Of a DNA stretch of 58,690 bases, positions 1 to 12,046 are shown piece by piece. The stretch lies in assembly GCF_000485595.1 (NCBI RefSeq), contig NW_014577091.1, positions 673,988-732,677 on the forward strand, written 5' to 3'. The DNA comes from Priapulus caudatus. Taxonomy: Eukaryota. Under the pieces are notes generated by a model that saw only the letters and a list, made by a program, of their open reading frames with translations, did not search any database and was not told where the DNA came from. Made by a program: the position numbers and the translations under genes. Each line of letters starts with the position of its first letter. Within the stretch, counting starts at the first letter, position 1.

Positions 1-1017
1 GCCGCCACCACCACCACCACCACCACCGCCGCCACCACCACCACCACCACCACTACCACCACCACCACCAGGCATCAGCCCAACATTTCAACTTCTCATG
101 ATGACACAACGCCCCGACTCAGGAGGACACTGTCGACCAGCTAATACACGTATATATGGCATACCCGCATGCGCCGAGAGACGGATGGCGCGGTGACGTC
201 ACACTTATCTGCGCCTGTTTCTCGTAATCGTAGAATATAGCTGATGATTTCCGCGGACAAATCGAATTAGGAAGCCAATCTCGGCGTCTGCTGGGCAAAG
301 AGCTGCGCAGCGTAATCGCATCACGCGCATTCAGGTGTGTCACGCGCACCGCGCCGCACACCCAGCCCGCGATCGTGCAGGATGAGGGTGTGTGGGTGTG
401 AGTGTGTGTGTGGTGAGTGTGAGGGGAGGGTGAGGGTGTATGGGTGAGTGTGAGGGGAGGGTGAGGGGAGGGTGAGGGTGTATGGGTAAGGGTGTGGTGA
501 GGGTGTGTGGGTGATGGTGACGGTGACGGTGTGTGGCTGATGGTGAGGGTGAGGGTGTGTGGGTGAGGGTGAGGGTGATGGGAGGGTAACGGTGAGTGTG
601 TGGTTAGGGTGTCGGTGTGGGTAACGGTGAGTGTGCGTGGGTGACGGTGAGTGTGTGGGTGAGGGTTAGGGTGTGGGTGAGGGTAACGGTGAGGGTGTGT
701 GGGTGAAAGTGTGTGGGTGAGAGTGTGTGGGTGAGTGTGTGGTGTGTGGGTGAGGGTAAAGGTGAGGGTGTGGATGAGTGTGTGGTTAGGGTGTGGTAAG
801 GGTGTGTGGGTGAGGGTCACGGTGAGGGTGTGTGGGTGATGGTGAGGGTGTGTGGGTGACGGTGAGGGTGAGGGTGAGGGTGAGGGTGTGGGTGAGGGTG
901 AGGGTGTGGGTGAGGGTGTGGGTGTGGGTGTGGGTGAGGGTGTGTAGGTGAGGTTAACGGTGAGGGTGTGGGTGAGGGTGTGGGTGTGGGTGTGAGTGAG
1001 AGTGTGTAGGTGAGGTT
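1..1017. repeat. Partial copy of a composite block: (CCA)n tract, ~310-bp CpG-rich core, (GTGAGG/GTGTGG)n satellite
   Basis: The core starting aggcatcagcccaacatttc recurs at ~3882, ~10871 and, degraded, at ~17923, each time followed by the same G-rich satellite. Confidence 0.9.
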
Positions 1018-1020
1018 AAA

Positions 1021-1158
1021 AGGTGGTCTCTCAATATGGTGTATGTTGTCCAGTACCCAGTGAGGGCTGAAGGTGGTCTCTCAATATGGTGTATGTTGTC
1101 CAGTACCCAGTGAGGAGGAAAGGTAGTCTTCCGAGGTGGTGTCAGGTGTCCAGTAACC
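1021..1158. repeat. 50-bp tandem repeat (2 copies plus a diverged partial copy), intronic
   Basis: aggtggtctctcaatatggtgtatgttgtccagtacccagtgagg starts at 1021 and at 1071. Confidence 0.85.
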
Positions 1159-1487
1159 AATAAAGAGCAAAGTTGGGTCCCTTGTGGGAGGAGAGGGGAT
1201 CAGAAAGTCAGAGCACCATTTCAACACCCAATACTCTGTATTCTAGTTTATTGACTCCATCCTACTGATGGGTGTAATAATTATAGAATTTATATATAAA
1301 AAAATCAATTCAGTATCTCATCTTTTCTAACCTGTAAAAAGTTCATTATAAATCGCTTTAATTCGACACTTCGATTGGTTCGTTTAAAAATCTCAAGATT
1401 TTGAAACTTAAATTTCTAATAATTAATTTTGTTGGGCTTTGGCAGTAGCTAGCAGCAGCATCACCCCTCAATCTTCACTACTTGCAG

Positions 1488-1609
1488 GTGTGTACGCATT
1501 TGTTACACTCATGGAAGATGTGCAGAAGGACACGGATGAGATCATCACTGAGTTGAAGTCAATGGTGAAGAAACAAATTGGCAGCTTTGCTGCACCAGAG
1601 TGCATACAG
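1488..1609 (+). CDS. ACSS1: Acetyl-CoA synthetase (ACSS1-like), penultimate coding exon
   Basis: Acceptor cttgcag at 1481-1487 and donor gtgagt at 1610-1615. Encodes (G)VYAFVTLMEDVQKDTDEIITELKSMVKKQIGSFAAPECIQ, typical of the ACS C-terminal domain. The 122 nt end in phase 0 and join in frame to the exon at 2324. ELKSMV resembles my recollection of human ACSS1, so the paralog call is less certain than the family call. Confidence 0.9.
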
Positions 1610-1789
1610 GTGAGTGGTGCTGCCCCACATCCGTATTCCACACCCTTACCCCCACACGCACACACCAGCAGCCCCTTACACAAACCTCTTGCACCCACAT
1701 TCCACCAGCTCCACACACTCGTCCCATGTCCACGTACTTGTCCGCCGTATATCCACACTCTCGCACTGTTCCACTGCGAACCTTCTCTC

Positions 1790-2300
1790 TGTATGTCCAG
1801 CACCAGCGTTGATCTGTTGTTGTTCCTTTACAAACCTCTCCCTATGCTTTGCATTAGTGTTGATCTATCATTGTTCCTCTCTGTATGTTTTGCATTAGTG
1901 TTGATCTATTATTGTTCCTCTCTGTATGTTTTGCATTAGTGTTGATCTACCATTGTTCCTCTCCGTATGTTTTGCATTAGTGTTGATTTATCATTGTTCC
2001 TCTCCGTATGTTTTGAATTAGTGTTGATCTATCATTGTTCCTCAATGACCCTTCTCTCTATATTGTTCAGCCCCAGTGTTGATCCATCGTTGTTTCTACA
2101 CGACCCTTCTCTTTCTGTGTGTTCAGCACCAGCGTTGACCCGTCATTGTTCCTCAGTGACCCTCTTCTCTGTGTGTTCAGCCCCAACGTTGATCCCTCGT
2201 TGTTCCTCGATGGCCCTCCTCTCTGTGTGTTCAGCACAAGCGTTGACCCATCATTGTTCCTCAGTGACCCGCCTCTCTGTGTGTTCAGTACAAGCGCACG
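1790..2300. repeat. Intronic minisatellite with related 41-bp and 54-bp units
   Basis: 41-bp unit gtgttgatctatcattgttcctctctgtatgttttgcatta at 1857 and 1898 onward. 54-bp unit with gttcagc anchors at 2121, 2175, 2229 and 2283. Both share gttga..c.tcattgttcctc. Confidence 0.9.
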
Positions 2301-2323
2301 ACCCGTTTCGTTTCCCTTCGCAG

Positions 2324-2560
2324 ATCACTCCGGGACTGCCGAAGACTCGCTCGGGTAAGATCATGCGCCGCATCCTGCGCAAGATCGCGGCTAACCGCGG
2401 CGATGAGCTGGGCGACGTGTCGACCCTCGCCGACCCCAGCGTCGTGCCGATGCTCATCGCAAACCACGCCCCGATTGAGAAGAAGCTGCAGGAGATGCTG
2501 AAGAAGAAGTACACTAACGGCGGGCAAGAGAGGACTAAGCGTAATAAGGGGGAAGAGTAG
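2324..2560 (+). CDS. ACSS1: Acetyl-CoA synthetase (ACSS1-like), last coding exon
   Basis: Polypyrimidine acceptor tttcccttcgcag ending 2323. Encodes [41 protein letters not shown]..., containing the A10 motif PKTRSGK (catalytic, acetylation-regulated Lys) and the GDxSTLADP motif. Stop TAG at 2558-2560. Earlier exons lie outside the window. Confidence 0.93.
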   Translation: MTPGLPKTRSGKIMRRILRKIAANRGDELGDVSTLADPSVVPMLIANHAPIEKKLQEMLKKKYTNGGQERTKRNKGEE

Positions 2561-2633
2561 CTGGTTTCCATGAAAATGGCTTCGCTAGGCCGATGAGATA
2601 GGCAAAAAATTCGGTCGGAGTAATCGTTTTCTT

Positions 2634-5600
2634 TAAGCGATTGATGCGCGCATGAGTGCGCAGGTATTGTGAGTCGTGAGGGGGTAGTGCACAAAGAGGG
2701 GAGAGTCGTGGTGGAGTTTGGCTTCAATCGACCAGCCACATCCGTAGTCCCGCCACGCGCGTCATCCTCGGACAAATCCGTTAATCGGTCTGCCACGGAA
2801 GCTGCTCTATTGTTTGCAAACCGTATCGCTGTCTATCACTAGAACCACGCTCTCTCCGGGCTATCCTTTAAGAGCCGGCCTATTCTATTTGTTTACCCCA
2901 CGCATAAAGCGTTCGCCGTTTTATACCCGTGTCGAGTGCAATCAGCATGTAGACTCGGCGCTAGGACGCGACGCCTGGTGTCGTGAAGTGTTTAAATATT
3001 GAAGTATTCGACATATTCGCATTCTAAGCGTGTGATCGTAACGCCCGCGGCCGAGCCCGCTTTCTGCTGGCGCGCTTAGCGAAGCGCTTAGATCGCCTCC
3101 CTGTGCGATTTCGCCGACGAGTTTTGTTCGAAATGAAAATCGACATGTGAGAGGAAGGAGAATCTGAATGCGGTAATCAGCGAAGCGTTATATTGGCGTA
3201 GAGCCGTGACTGAGTGACGTACGCTTAACGCTGTTTACCTGTAATGTACTGTTAATTGACTTCATGCTTAGTACATACCTATAGGGAAATATCTCCCCAT
3301 AGAACCGCCGTTGTTCGCCTGAGAGTAGCACTTACCCAGAGAATGTTGTCTACCTATATATGTATGTATATATATCTATTATGTATATATATATATATAT
3401 ATATATATTAATATATTTATGTGAATAGTGTTTACTCATAGACTGCTGTTTACTCATATGCCGCTCAATATAGTGTAGCACCATTTTAAATCAATAAAAT
3501 ATTCGATCGCATAACTTTATCGATCGTTCATTTTAATGTGCCAAATTTCCTTTCTCTGCAATTTTAGTTTTTCATATACGTTCACGCTATCCTCACAGTC
3601 CCAGCCTCAACACTCCTGCACAACAACTCTTCCTCCATCACTGCCATCAGCCTTGCATCCCCCTTACGGACACCACCCACGACACCACCACCAGCCCGCC
3701 GCTTAACACCCGCCACCCCCATCACCACTAGCACCAGCACCACCGTCACCGCCGCCACCACCACCACACCACACCGCACCACCACCACCACCACACACCA
3801 CCACACACCGCCACCACACCACCACCACCACCGCCTGCCAGCCACCCACTGAGCCCCCACCACCACTAGCCACCACCACGAAGGCATCAGCCCAACATTT
3901 CAACTTCTCATGATGAACACGCCACGCCCCGACTCAGGAGGACACGCTGTCGACCAGCTATACACGTATATATGGATACGCGCGCATGCGCCGAGAGAGC
4001 GGATGGGCGCGGTGACGTCACACTTATCTGCGCCGTGTTTCTCGTAATCGTAGAATATAGCTGATGATTTCCGCGGACAAATCGAATTAGGAAGCCAATC
4101 TCGCGCGTTTGCTGGGCAAAGAGCTGCGGCAGCGTAATCGCATCACGCGGCATTCAGGTGTGTCACGCCGCACCGCGCCGCACACCCAGCCCCGCGATCG
4201 TGCAGGATGAGGGTGTGTGGGTGTGAGTGGTGTTGTGGTGAGTGTGAGGGGAGGGTGAGGGGGTATGGTGAGTGTGAGGGAAGGGTGAGGGGAGGTGAGG
4301 GTGTATGGGTAAGGTGTGTGGTGGTGGGTGAGGGTGGTGGACGTGACAGGTGTGTGACTGAGCTGTGAGGGTGAGGGTGTGTGGGTGAGGGTGAGGGTGA
4401 TGGGAGGGTAACGGTGAGTGTGTGGTTAGGGTGTCGTGTGGGGTAACGGTGAGTGTGGCGTGGTGACGGTGAGTGTGTGGGTGAGGGTTAGGGTGTGGGT
4501 GAGGGTAACGGGGTGAGGGTGTGGGGTGAAAGTGTGTGGGTGAGTGTGGTTGGTGTGTGGGTGAGGTAAAGGTGAGGGTGTGGATGAGTGTGTGGGTTAG
4601 GGGTGTGGTAAGGGTGTGTGGGTGAGGGTCACGGTGAGGGTGTGTGAGTGATGGTGAGGGTGTGTGGGTGAGGTGGAGGGTGAGGGTGAGGGTGGGGTGA
4701 GGGTGTGGGTGAGGTGAGGGTGTGGGTGAGGTGGTGGGTGTGGGTGTGGTGAGGGTGTGTTAGGTGAGGTTAACGGGAGGGTGGGTGAGGGTGGTGGGTG
4801 TGGGTGTGATGAGAGTGTGTGGTGAGGTTAACGGTGAGGGTGTGGGTCGGGTGTGGGGTGTGGTGTGAGTGAAGCAGTGTGTAGGTTGAAGGTTAACGGT
4901 GAGGGTGTGGAGTGAGGGAGAGCGTGGAAGTGAGGGTGTGTGATATGAACGGTTAATGTGAGGGTGTGTGGATGCATGGTGACGGTGATGTGAGGGTGTG
5001 TGGATGATGGTCGAGCGGTAGTAGCTGGTGAGGGGTTGTGCTGGATGATGGTACGGTTACTGTGAGGGTGTTGTGATTGATGTGACGGTTACTGTGAGGG
5101 TGTGTGGATGAATGGTGAACGGTTAATGTGAGGGTGTGTCGGATGATGCGTGACGGTAACTGTGAGGCCAGTGTGTGGCATGATGGTGACGTTACTGTGA
5201 GGGTGTGTGGATGATGGTGACGGTTATGTGAGGGTGTGTGGATGATGGTGTACAGGTTACTGTGAGGGTGCTGTGGATGATGTGACGGTGACTGTGAGGG
5301 TTGTGGTGATGGTGACGGTTACTTGTGAGAGGTGTGTGATGAATGGTCGACGGTTTACTGTGAGGCGTGTGTGGATGCATGGTGAGGGTGAGGGTGTGGG
5401 TGAGTGTGTAGGTGAGGGTAACGGTGAGGGTGAGCAGTGAGGGTGACGGTGAGGGTGTGTGGGTGAGGTGTAAAGGGTGACGGTGTGGTGATGGGTGTGG
5501 GTGAGGGTAAAGGGTGTCTGTGTGGGGTGTGGGTGTGGTTAAGGGTGTGTGGGTGACCGTGAGTGTGTTGCTTAGGTGTGGGTTGGCGTGTGGTTAGTGC

Positions 5601-5651
5601 GTGGTGGTGGGTCGACCGTGAGTGTGTGCTTAGGTGTGGGTGTGAGTAACG

Positions 5652-5715
<64 letters not shown>

Positions 5716-5825
5716 GCGTGGTGGTGTGTGCGTGTGTGTGTGTGTGTGTGCGTGTGTGTGTGTGAGTGCGTGTGTGTGTGTGCGCGCGCGTGTGTGTGTT
5801 GTGTGTGTGTGTGTGTGTGTGTGTC
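2634..5825. repeat. Copy of the block also found at ~9600-11960 and ~16607-20010 (includes a 32-bp minisatellite); ends at a 25-N gap
   Basis: Near-identical text (gtattgtgagtcgtgaggggg...; tagaaccacgctctc...) appears three times. Unit gtgagggtgtgtggatgatggtgacggttact is cleanest at 19331-19400. N gap at 5826-5850. Confidence 0.9.
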
Positions 5826-5919
5826 NNNNNNNNNNNNNNNNNNNNNNNNNGGCGCGCGGAGAGAGAACAGTAATGGAGAGAGGCAGCGGGTAGATAGTTG
5901 CTGTAGAGAGAATGTCAGG

Positions 5920-5954
<35 letters not shown>

Positions 5955-6217
5955 ATGTGTGTGTAGATGATAGTAACTGGTCACATCCAGTGACTGCATT
6001 CTTAACCTGCGATGCCTACATGACATTACTAACCGTGAATACATGCTAAGCATCCAGCTCATTATTGTAGTGGTCGGTCATATTTATAGATATTGGTTGG
6101 TTAACATAGTGATATATACATGCATTAAAGGCTTCAATAGAGGCATAGATAGTCAAGAGTAGGATACCTTGAAACCTTGAAACCTTGTTAGATCAAGTAA
6201 AATGGTAATCTTGTGCA

Positions 6218-7072
6218 TTTTTAGCTCATCTGACATAGTCAGATGCAGCTTGTAGAATCGCATGATCGTCCGTCGCGTCCGTCCGTCCCGTGCCGTCCGT
6301 CCGTCGTCGCGTCGTCCGTCAACAGTTGGGCACAAATCTTAACCGCTCGACGTACGGTCACGATATTCGGGACGTGGGGGGTAATCCGAAAACGAGTTGG
6401 GATGTCGAAGATGGGGGTCAAAGGTCAAAGGTCAAGGTGTAAAATAAGGGGGAACATTCACTCCTTAACTTAAGGTATAGGGAGGAAATGCAGAATTGCG
6501 GCACAAATCTAAACGGCTCGACCTAGGCTCGTGATAGTCGTGTATAGCATCATGGTAGGAAAAGCCATCACTAGTGCCGAAATTGGAGGTCAAAGGTCAA
6601 TGGCACAGGGCAGATTTTAGACATTTTCTGAGGACATGGTCTGACGGAGCAATTGAAAAACTTTTTTGTTTCAGCGGTGACCTAACCATTTTTATGGTTT
6701 ATTGAAAGGACCATGAAATGTGCTTTGCACTGACGTGCGAAGAGTAAGTGTCTGATAACCTTTTGACCCTCAAGAGGAGGGATTTAAACATATTGTTGAC
6801 TGTTAACAAAGGAGTGAACTGCTTTTGCTATTAGAGCCCCCACCCCTCACCCTCCCCTTCCCCCTCCCCCCCCCTCCCCCTGCCTTCCCCCACCCTCCCC
6901 CACCTCCCCCTACCCTCCATCTGCGATAGTGGGCGTTCCTAACAATGATGTGTACGCAACTGCGTGTCTGCATATCTGCGCGTAACAAATGTGGTACTAC
7001 GCACGACTGAAATTTACGTATATAATCGTAGCAACAGACCTCAGATGAGCCCAGACGCTTTGCGGCTCTTGT
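6218..7072 (+). mobile_element. Non-autonomous Helentron-associated element (HINE/DINE-1-like)
   Basis: 5' T-run plus subTIR gctcatctga (6224-6233), with a nearby inverted copy tcagatg(c)agc. Then a (GTCC)-like microsatellite at ~6268-6320, two ~171-bp internal repeats (gcacaaatct at 6330 and 6501), a 3' subTIR tcagatgagc (7041-7050), a short hairpin and a ctcttgt end. This matches the established DINE-1/HINE architecture. Confidence 0.75.
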
Positions 7073-10000
7073 GTTATACCGTACTTGCAAGTCATTTGCA
7101 ACGACGTTGCATTATGGTTAGCAATGGTTGCTAAGGTATATTCTAGCAATCTCTGTGACAGACCTCTATATTCTGTCAGTAACCTTTATTATTTTTACAG
7201 CCGTTAGAAAGTTCTGAGTCCTGTTCATTACATATTCACTTGAGGGATTTTAAAGTAGTGAATATAGATGGAAAATGATATATAATCACAGGAGTTAGTT
7301 CTGGATACTAGTTATATAATTATATATACATAGTGGTATATATATGTAACTGTCGTATCAAGGAAATGAGACTATGGTAATATTTTGTGAAGTAAGAACA
7401 GATTAGCAATATTAATAATGGGGGAAGTAATCTGGTTCGATTGCGCAAACTGCATAATGCTCATAATTAAATCAGGTAGACAATCAGAGGTAGAGGATAT
7501 AGTTATATAGGGTATAGTTAGTTATGTAGATCGTTTTTGATTATGAAATGGGCAGAAAGTTACACGTCCTATTAATTATTAATCCGTTTATTTTGATGTG
7601 CCCTACTAACAAATTTATAAAATATAATCTATAGTGAAATGAGATACGGGTAGTGTAGATTTCAGAGCATATTTGTGTAGTTTACCAGTGGCCATTACAA
7701 ACCTTTATGTGGGACTGGTAAACACTTGCAGCTTTAAACCAGATAGCGGTTGGCCGTAGATCTGCTAGTATGGCATGCAGTAGTCTTGCTCTGTGCGTTT
7801 TAGGGTGGAGTTTTCTAAATCTCACATGAGTATGTAATCTTACCTTATTGAAGAACATGCGATCATTTATCACTCCAGAATCGATAGTTAATACTGACTG
7901 TTGACGTTGTACTTGTGTCTATGTGTCGCACATGCCAGCCGGTTCCCCAGCAGTTCAGTTTTCAAATAAGTAACCAAGCCATGATTAAGCGGAAATGTGT
8001 ATCGTATCGTGAAAGGTTCATCGTGATACGGATCGGCCTCGTGACCTGCCCGTATCATCCCATCCCTAGTTATTAGTGTCGTAGTAGCTGACATTGACAT
8101 CGTTGTACCTAACATTGACATTGTTGTAGTTGACATTGACATCGTTGTAGTTGACATTGACATCGTTGTAGTTGACATTTACATCGTTGTAGTTAGCGAC
8201 ATTGACGTTACCATTGTTAGTTTTGTCGCGATTGCCTGTCGTTGTCATGGCTACTGCCATTGCCATCATCACAATACCTTTCATTGTCATTGTTATTTCA
8301 TGATCATCGTCCATAATAATATTATGATATTATATGATAATATTATATAATACTGTCATTTTCATAATCGTCGTTACTATCACTTTCATTCTCTTAGTTA
8401 CTGCTATTATTATTTTACTTATTGTTGCCGGTCAACATTGTCATTGCTGATGTTACTGTGCGTTGGTCATTTTCTCGGTGATTGTTGTATATATCACGTG
8501 CGTACTGCTAATTTCGTCTTCATCTGGTGAGTCTTGACAGATTGTGTGACGTCTAGTTGTTTGTATGAGTATCTTTCACAGCTGTCCTTTCACATGGCTC
8601 TTTGCTATGCAGATTTTATTTGAAACAACGAGTCGTAGTAAATATCGAATTAAATGTCGTAAATGTTTCGCTGTGATTTAGCGTTTTGTTAACGATTTCG
8701 TTGGCGCTTCTGACCAATTATAGCACGTTTATATTTTGCTTTTTTAGGTGTGTGTATTTTTATTTCACGTGTACGCTGGAATTTTAGTCGTGCCTGTGCG
8801 AATTCGTGCACTAATTTCGTCTCATGCATCCATGCACGATTTTCTCCGTGTGGGTGTATTTCGTGGCTGCGATTTCACAATCCTTTACCAACAATCGTTC
8901 TCATGTTCCTCACAAATTGCTCAAACGTTTCTAGTATCACTTCGAGTACGACAAGGTTACTCGAGTTCCTTTCTATAGTGTGTATACTGAATAGTGCATG
9001 TTAAGTCTCAGGAGGCGAGGGAGCGGTCAGTGCTGGTTGACTCGCCCTACATTCGTCATGTTCTACCTACCTACCTATGATCTGTGCCTTCATATCAAGT
9101 TTTGTACTAGTTAATAGAATGCCTTGTGAAGCGTTGTCATGAACGATAACGTTATCGATACCTCTTTCGCTCAGACTTTGATACTAAATGAATTTTAATA
9201 CCCGCAGATTGCCTGATCTACATTGGCTGTTATGATGAAATATAGAATCGGCTGTACGTACGTCGTTGAAATAAATTCTACCGTCGGTGTCTTGAGAATG
9301 TCCCGAGTTCTCTTTATTCTTGTTGTTTACTTGTGTGTTGTATAGGAGCATTTGAACGGCATTTACAGGAGATTGTCGGCAATAATAGGCGAAAGAGAGT
9401 AGAGAAACATTAAGACTTTGGTAGTAAATACATTTCTTGTTTATATTTACCATCATTTTACTATAAGAAAACTTTCCAAGTGTCCGTGGATGTGGGCAGT
9501 AGTGGGCTGTCACGTGTACAGAGTCGTATGAAGAGTGATGTTAAGGAGTGGTGTGCATGTTCAAGTCGCACGGTGCATTTGTTGGCAGTGGCCTGCAGAT
9601 AAGCGATGATGCGCCAGAGGTGGCCAGTATTGTGAGTCGTGAGGGGGGTAGTGCACAAAAGGGGGAGAGTCGTGGTGGAGTTTGGCTTCCAATCGACCAG
9701 CCACCATCCGTTAGTCCCCCACGCGCGTCCATCCTCGCACAAATCCGTTAATCGCTGCCACGGAAGCTGCTCTATTGTTTGCAAACCGTATCGCCTGTCT
9801 ATCACTAGAACCACGCTCTCTCACGGGCTATCTTAAGAGCCCGGCCTATTCTATTGTTTACCCACGGCATAAAGCGTTCGCCGTTTTATCCCGTGTCGAG
9901 TGCAATCAGCATGTAGACTCGGCGCTACCGACGCGACGCCTGGTGTCGTGAAGTGTTTAAATAGCTTTGAAGTATTCGACATATTCGCATTCTAAGCGTG

Positions 10001-10341
10001 TGATCGTAACGCCCGCGGGCGAGCCCGCTTTCTGCTGGCGCGCTTAGAAGCGCTTAGATTCGCCTCTCTGTGCGATTTTCGCGACGAAGGTTTTGTTCGA
10101 AATTGAAAATCGACATGTGAGAGGAAGGAGAATCTGAATGGCGTAATCAGCGAAGCGTTATATTGGCGTAGAGCCGTGACTGAGTGACGTACGCTTAACG
10201 CTGTTTACCTGTAATGTACTGTTCATTGACTTCATGCTTAGTACATACCTATAGGGAAATATCTCCCCATAGAACGCCGTTGTTCGCCTGAGAGTAGCCA
10301 CTTACCAGAGAATGTTGTCTACCTATATATGTATGTATATA

Positions 10342-10373
<32 letters not shown>

Positions 10374-11955
10374 TTGAATAGTGTTTACTCATAGAATGCT
10401 GTTTACTCATAATGCCGCTCACATATAGTGTAGCACCATTTTAAATCAATAAAATATTCGATACGCATAACTTTATCGATCGTTCATTTTAATGTGCCAA
10501 ATTTCCTTTCTCTGCAATTTTAGTTTTCATATACGTTCACGCTATCCTCACAGTCCCAGCCCACACCACTCCTGCACAACAACTCTTCCTCCATCACTGC
10601 CATCAGGCCTTGCATCCCCCTTACGGACACCACCCCACGGACACCACCACCAGCCCGCCGCTAACACCCCGCCACCCCCATCACCACTAGCACCAGCACC
10701 ACCGTCACCGCCAGCCACCACCACCACCACCACCACGCCGCCACCACCACCACCACACCACACCACCACACCGCCACCACCACCGCCACCACACCACCAC
10801 CGCCGCCACCACCACCACCACCCACCACCACACCACCACCACCACCACCACCACTACCACCACCACCACCAGGCATCAGCCCAACATTTCAACTTCTATG
10901 ATGACACAACGCCCCGACTCAGGAGGACACTGTCGACCAGCTAATACACGCTATATATCGCGTACCGCATGCGCCGAGAGACGGATGGCGCGATGACGTC
11001 ACACTTATCTGCGCCTGTTTCTCGTAATCGTAGAATATAGCCGATGATTTCCGCGGACAAATCGAATTAGGAAGCCAATCTCGGCGTCTGCTGGGCAAAG
11101 AGCTGCGGCAGCGTAATCGCATCACGCGCATTCAGGTGTGTCACGCGCACCGCGCCGCACACCCAGCCCGCGATCGTGCAGGATGAGGGTGTGTGGGTGT
11201 GAGTGTGTGTGTGGTGAGTGTGAGGGGAGGGTGAGGGTGTATGGTGAGTGTGAGGGGAGGTGAGGGGAGGGTGAGGTGTATGGGTAAGGGTGTGGTGAGG
11301 TGTGTGAGGTGTGGGTGATGGTGACGGTGACGGGTGTGGCTGATGGTGAGGGTGAGGGTGTGTGGGTGAGGGTGAGGGTGATGGGAGGGTAACGCGTGAG
11401 TGTGTGGTTAGGGTGTCGGTGTGGGTAACGGTGAGTGTGCGTGGTGACGGTGAGTGTGTGGGTGAGGGTTAGGGTGTGGGTGAGGGTAACGGTGAGGGTG
11501 TGGGGTGAAAGTGTGTGGGTGGAGTGTGGGTTAGGTGGTGGTGGGTGAGGGTAAAGGTGAGGGTGTGGATGAGTGTGTGGTTAGGGTGTGGTAAGGGTGT
11601 GTGGTGAGGGTCACGGTGAGGTGTGTGGGTGATGGTGAGGGTGTGTGGGTGACGTGGTGAGGGTGAGGGTGAGGGTGAGGGTGATGGTGAGGGTTGTGGG
11701 TGAGGTGAGGGTGTGGGTGAGGTGTGGGTGTGGGTGTGGTGAGGGTGTGTTAGGTGAGCGTTAACGTGAGGCGTTGCGGTGAGGGTGCGGTGTGTGAGAG
11801 TGGTAGGTGAGTGGTTAACGCGTGAGGGGTGGGAGGGTGACTCGGGCAGTGAGGGTGTGTGGATGATGGTGACGTGTAATGTGAGGGTGTGTGGATGATG
11901 GTGACGGTTACTGTGGGGTGTGTGGATGATGGTGAGGTTTAATGTGAGGGTGTGA

Positions 11956-12046
<91 letters not shown>

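Noticed and set aside
119..820. Long His/Thr/Pro, Cys/Val, Ser/Leu/Phe and Tyr-Leu-Ser-Ile ORFs (also 23012-23680, 34752-36314, 40731-42116 and others)
   Set aside because: They are translations of stop-poor microsatellites, with no domain signal or splice context.
383..1017. Telomere-like array (TGAGGG with occasional TTAGGG)
   Set aside because: TTAGGG units are isolated within a GTGAGG/GTGTGG satellite; there is no tandem telomeric run.
3493..3498. AATAAA as the ACSS poly(A) signal
   Set aside because: It lies in a block present three times and beyond a probable mis-join at ~2634, so it cannot be assigned to the gene.
8066..8314. ORFs with regular NYNDVNV or TTTMSMS repeats resembling a beta-solenoid protein
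   Set aside because: Explained by a 21-bp minisatellite that is open in more than one frame; short, with no supporting exon structure.
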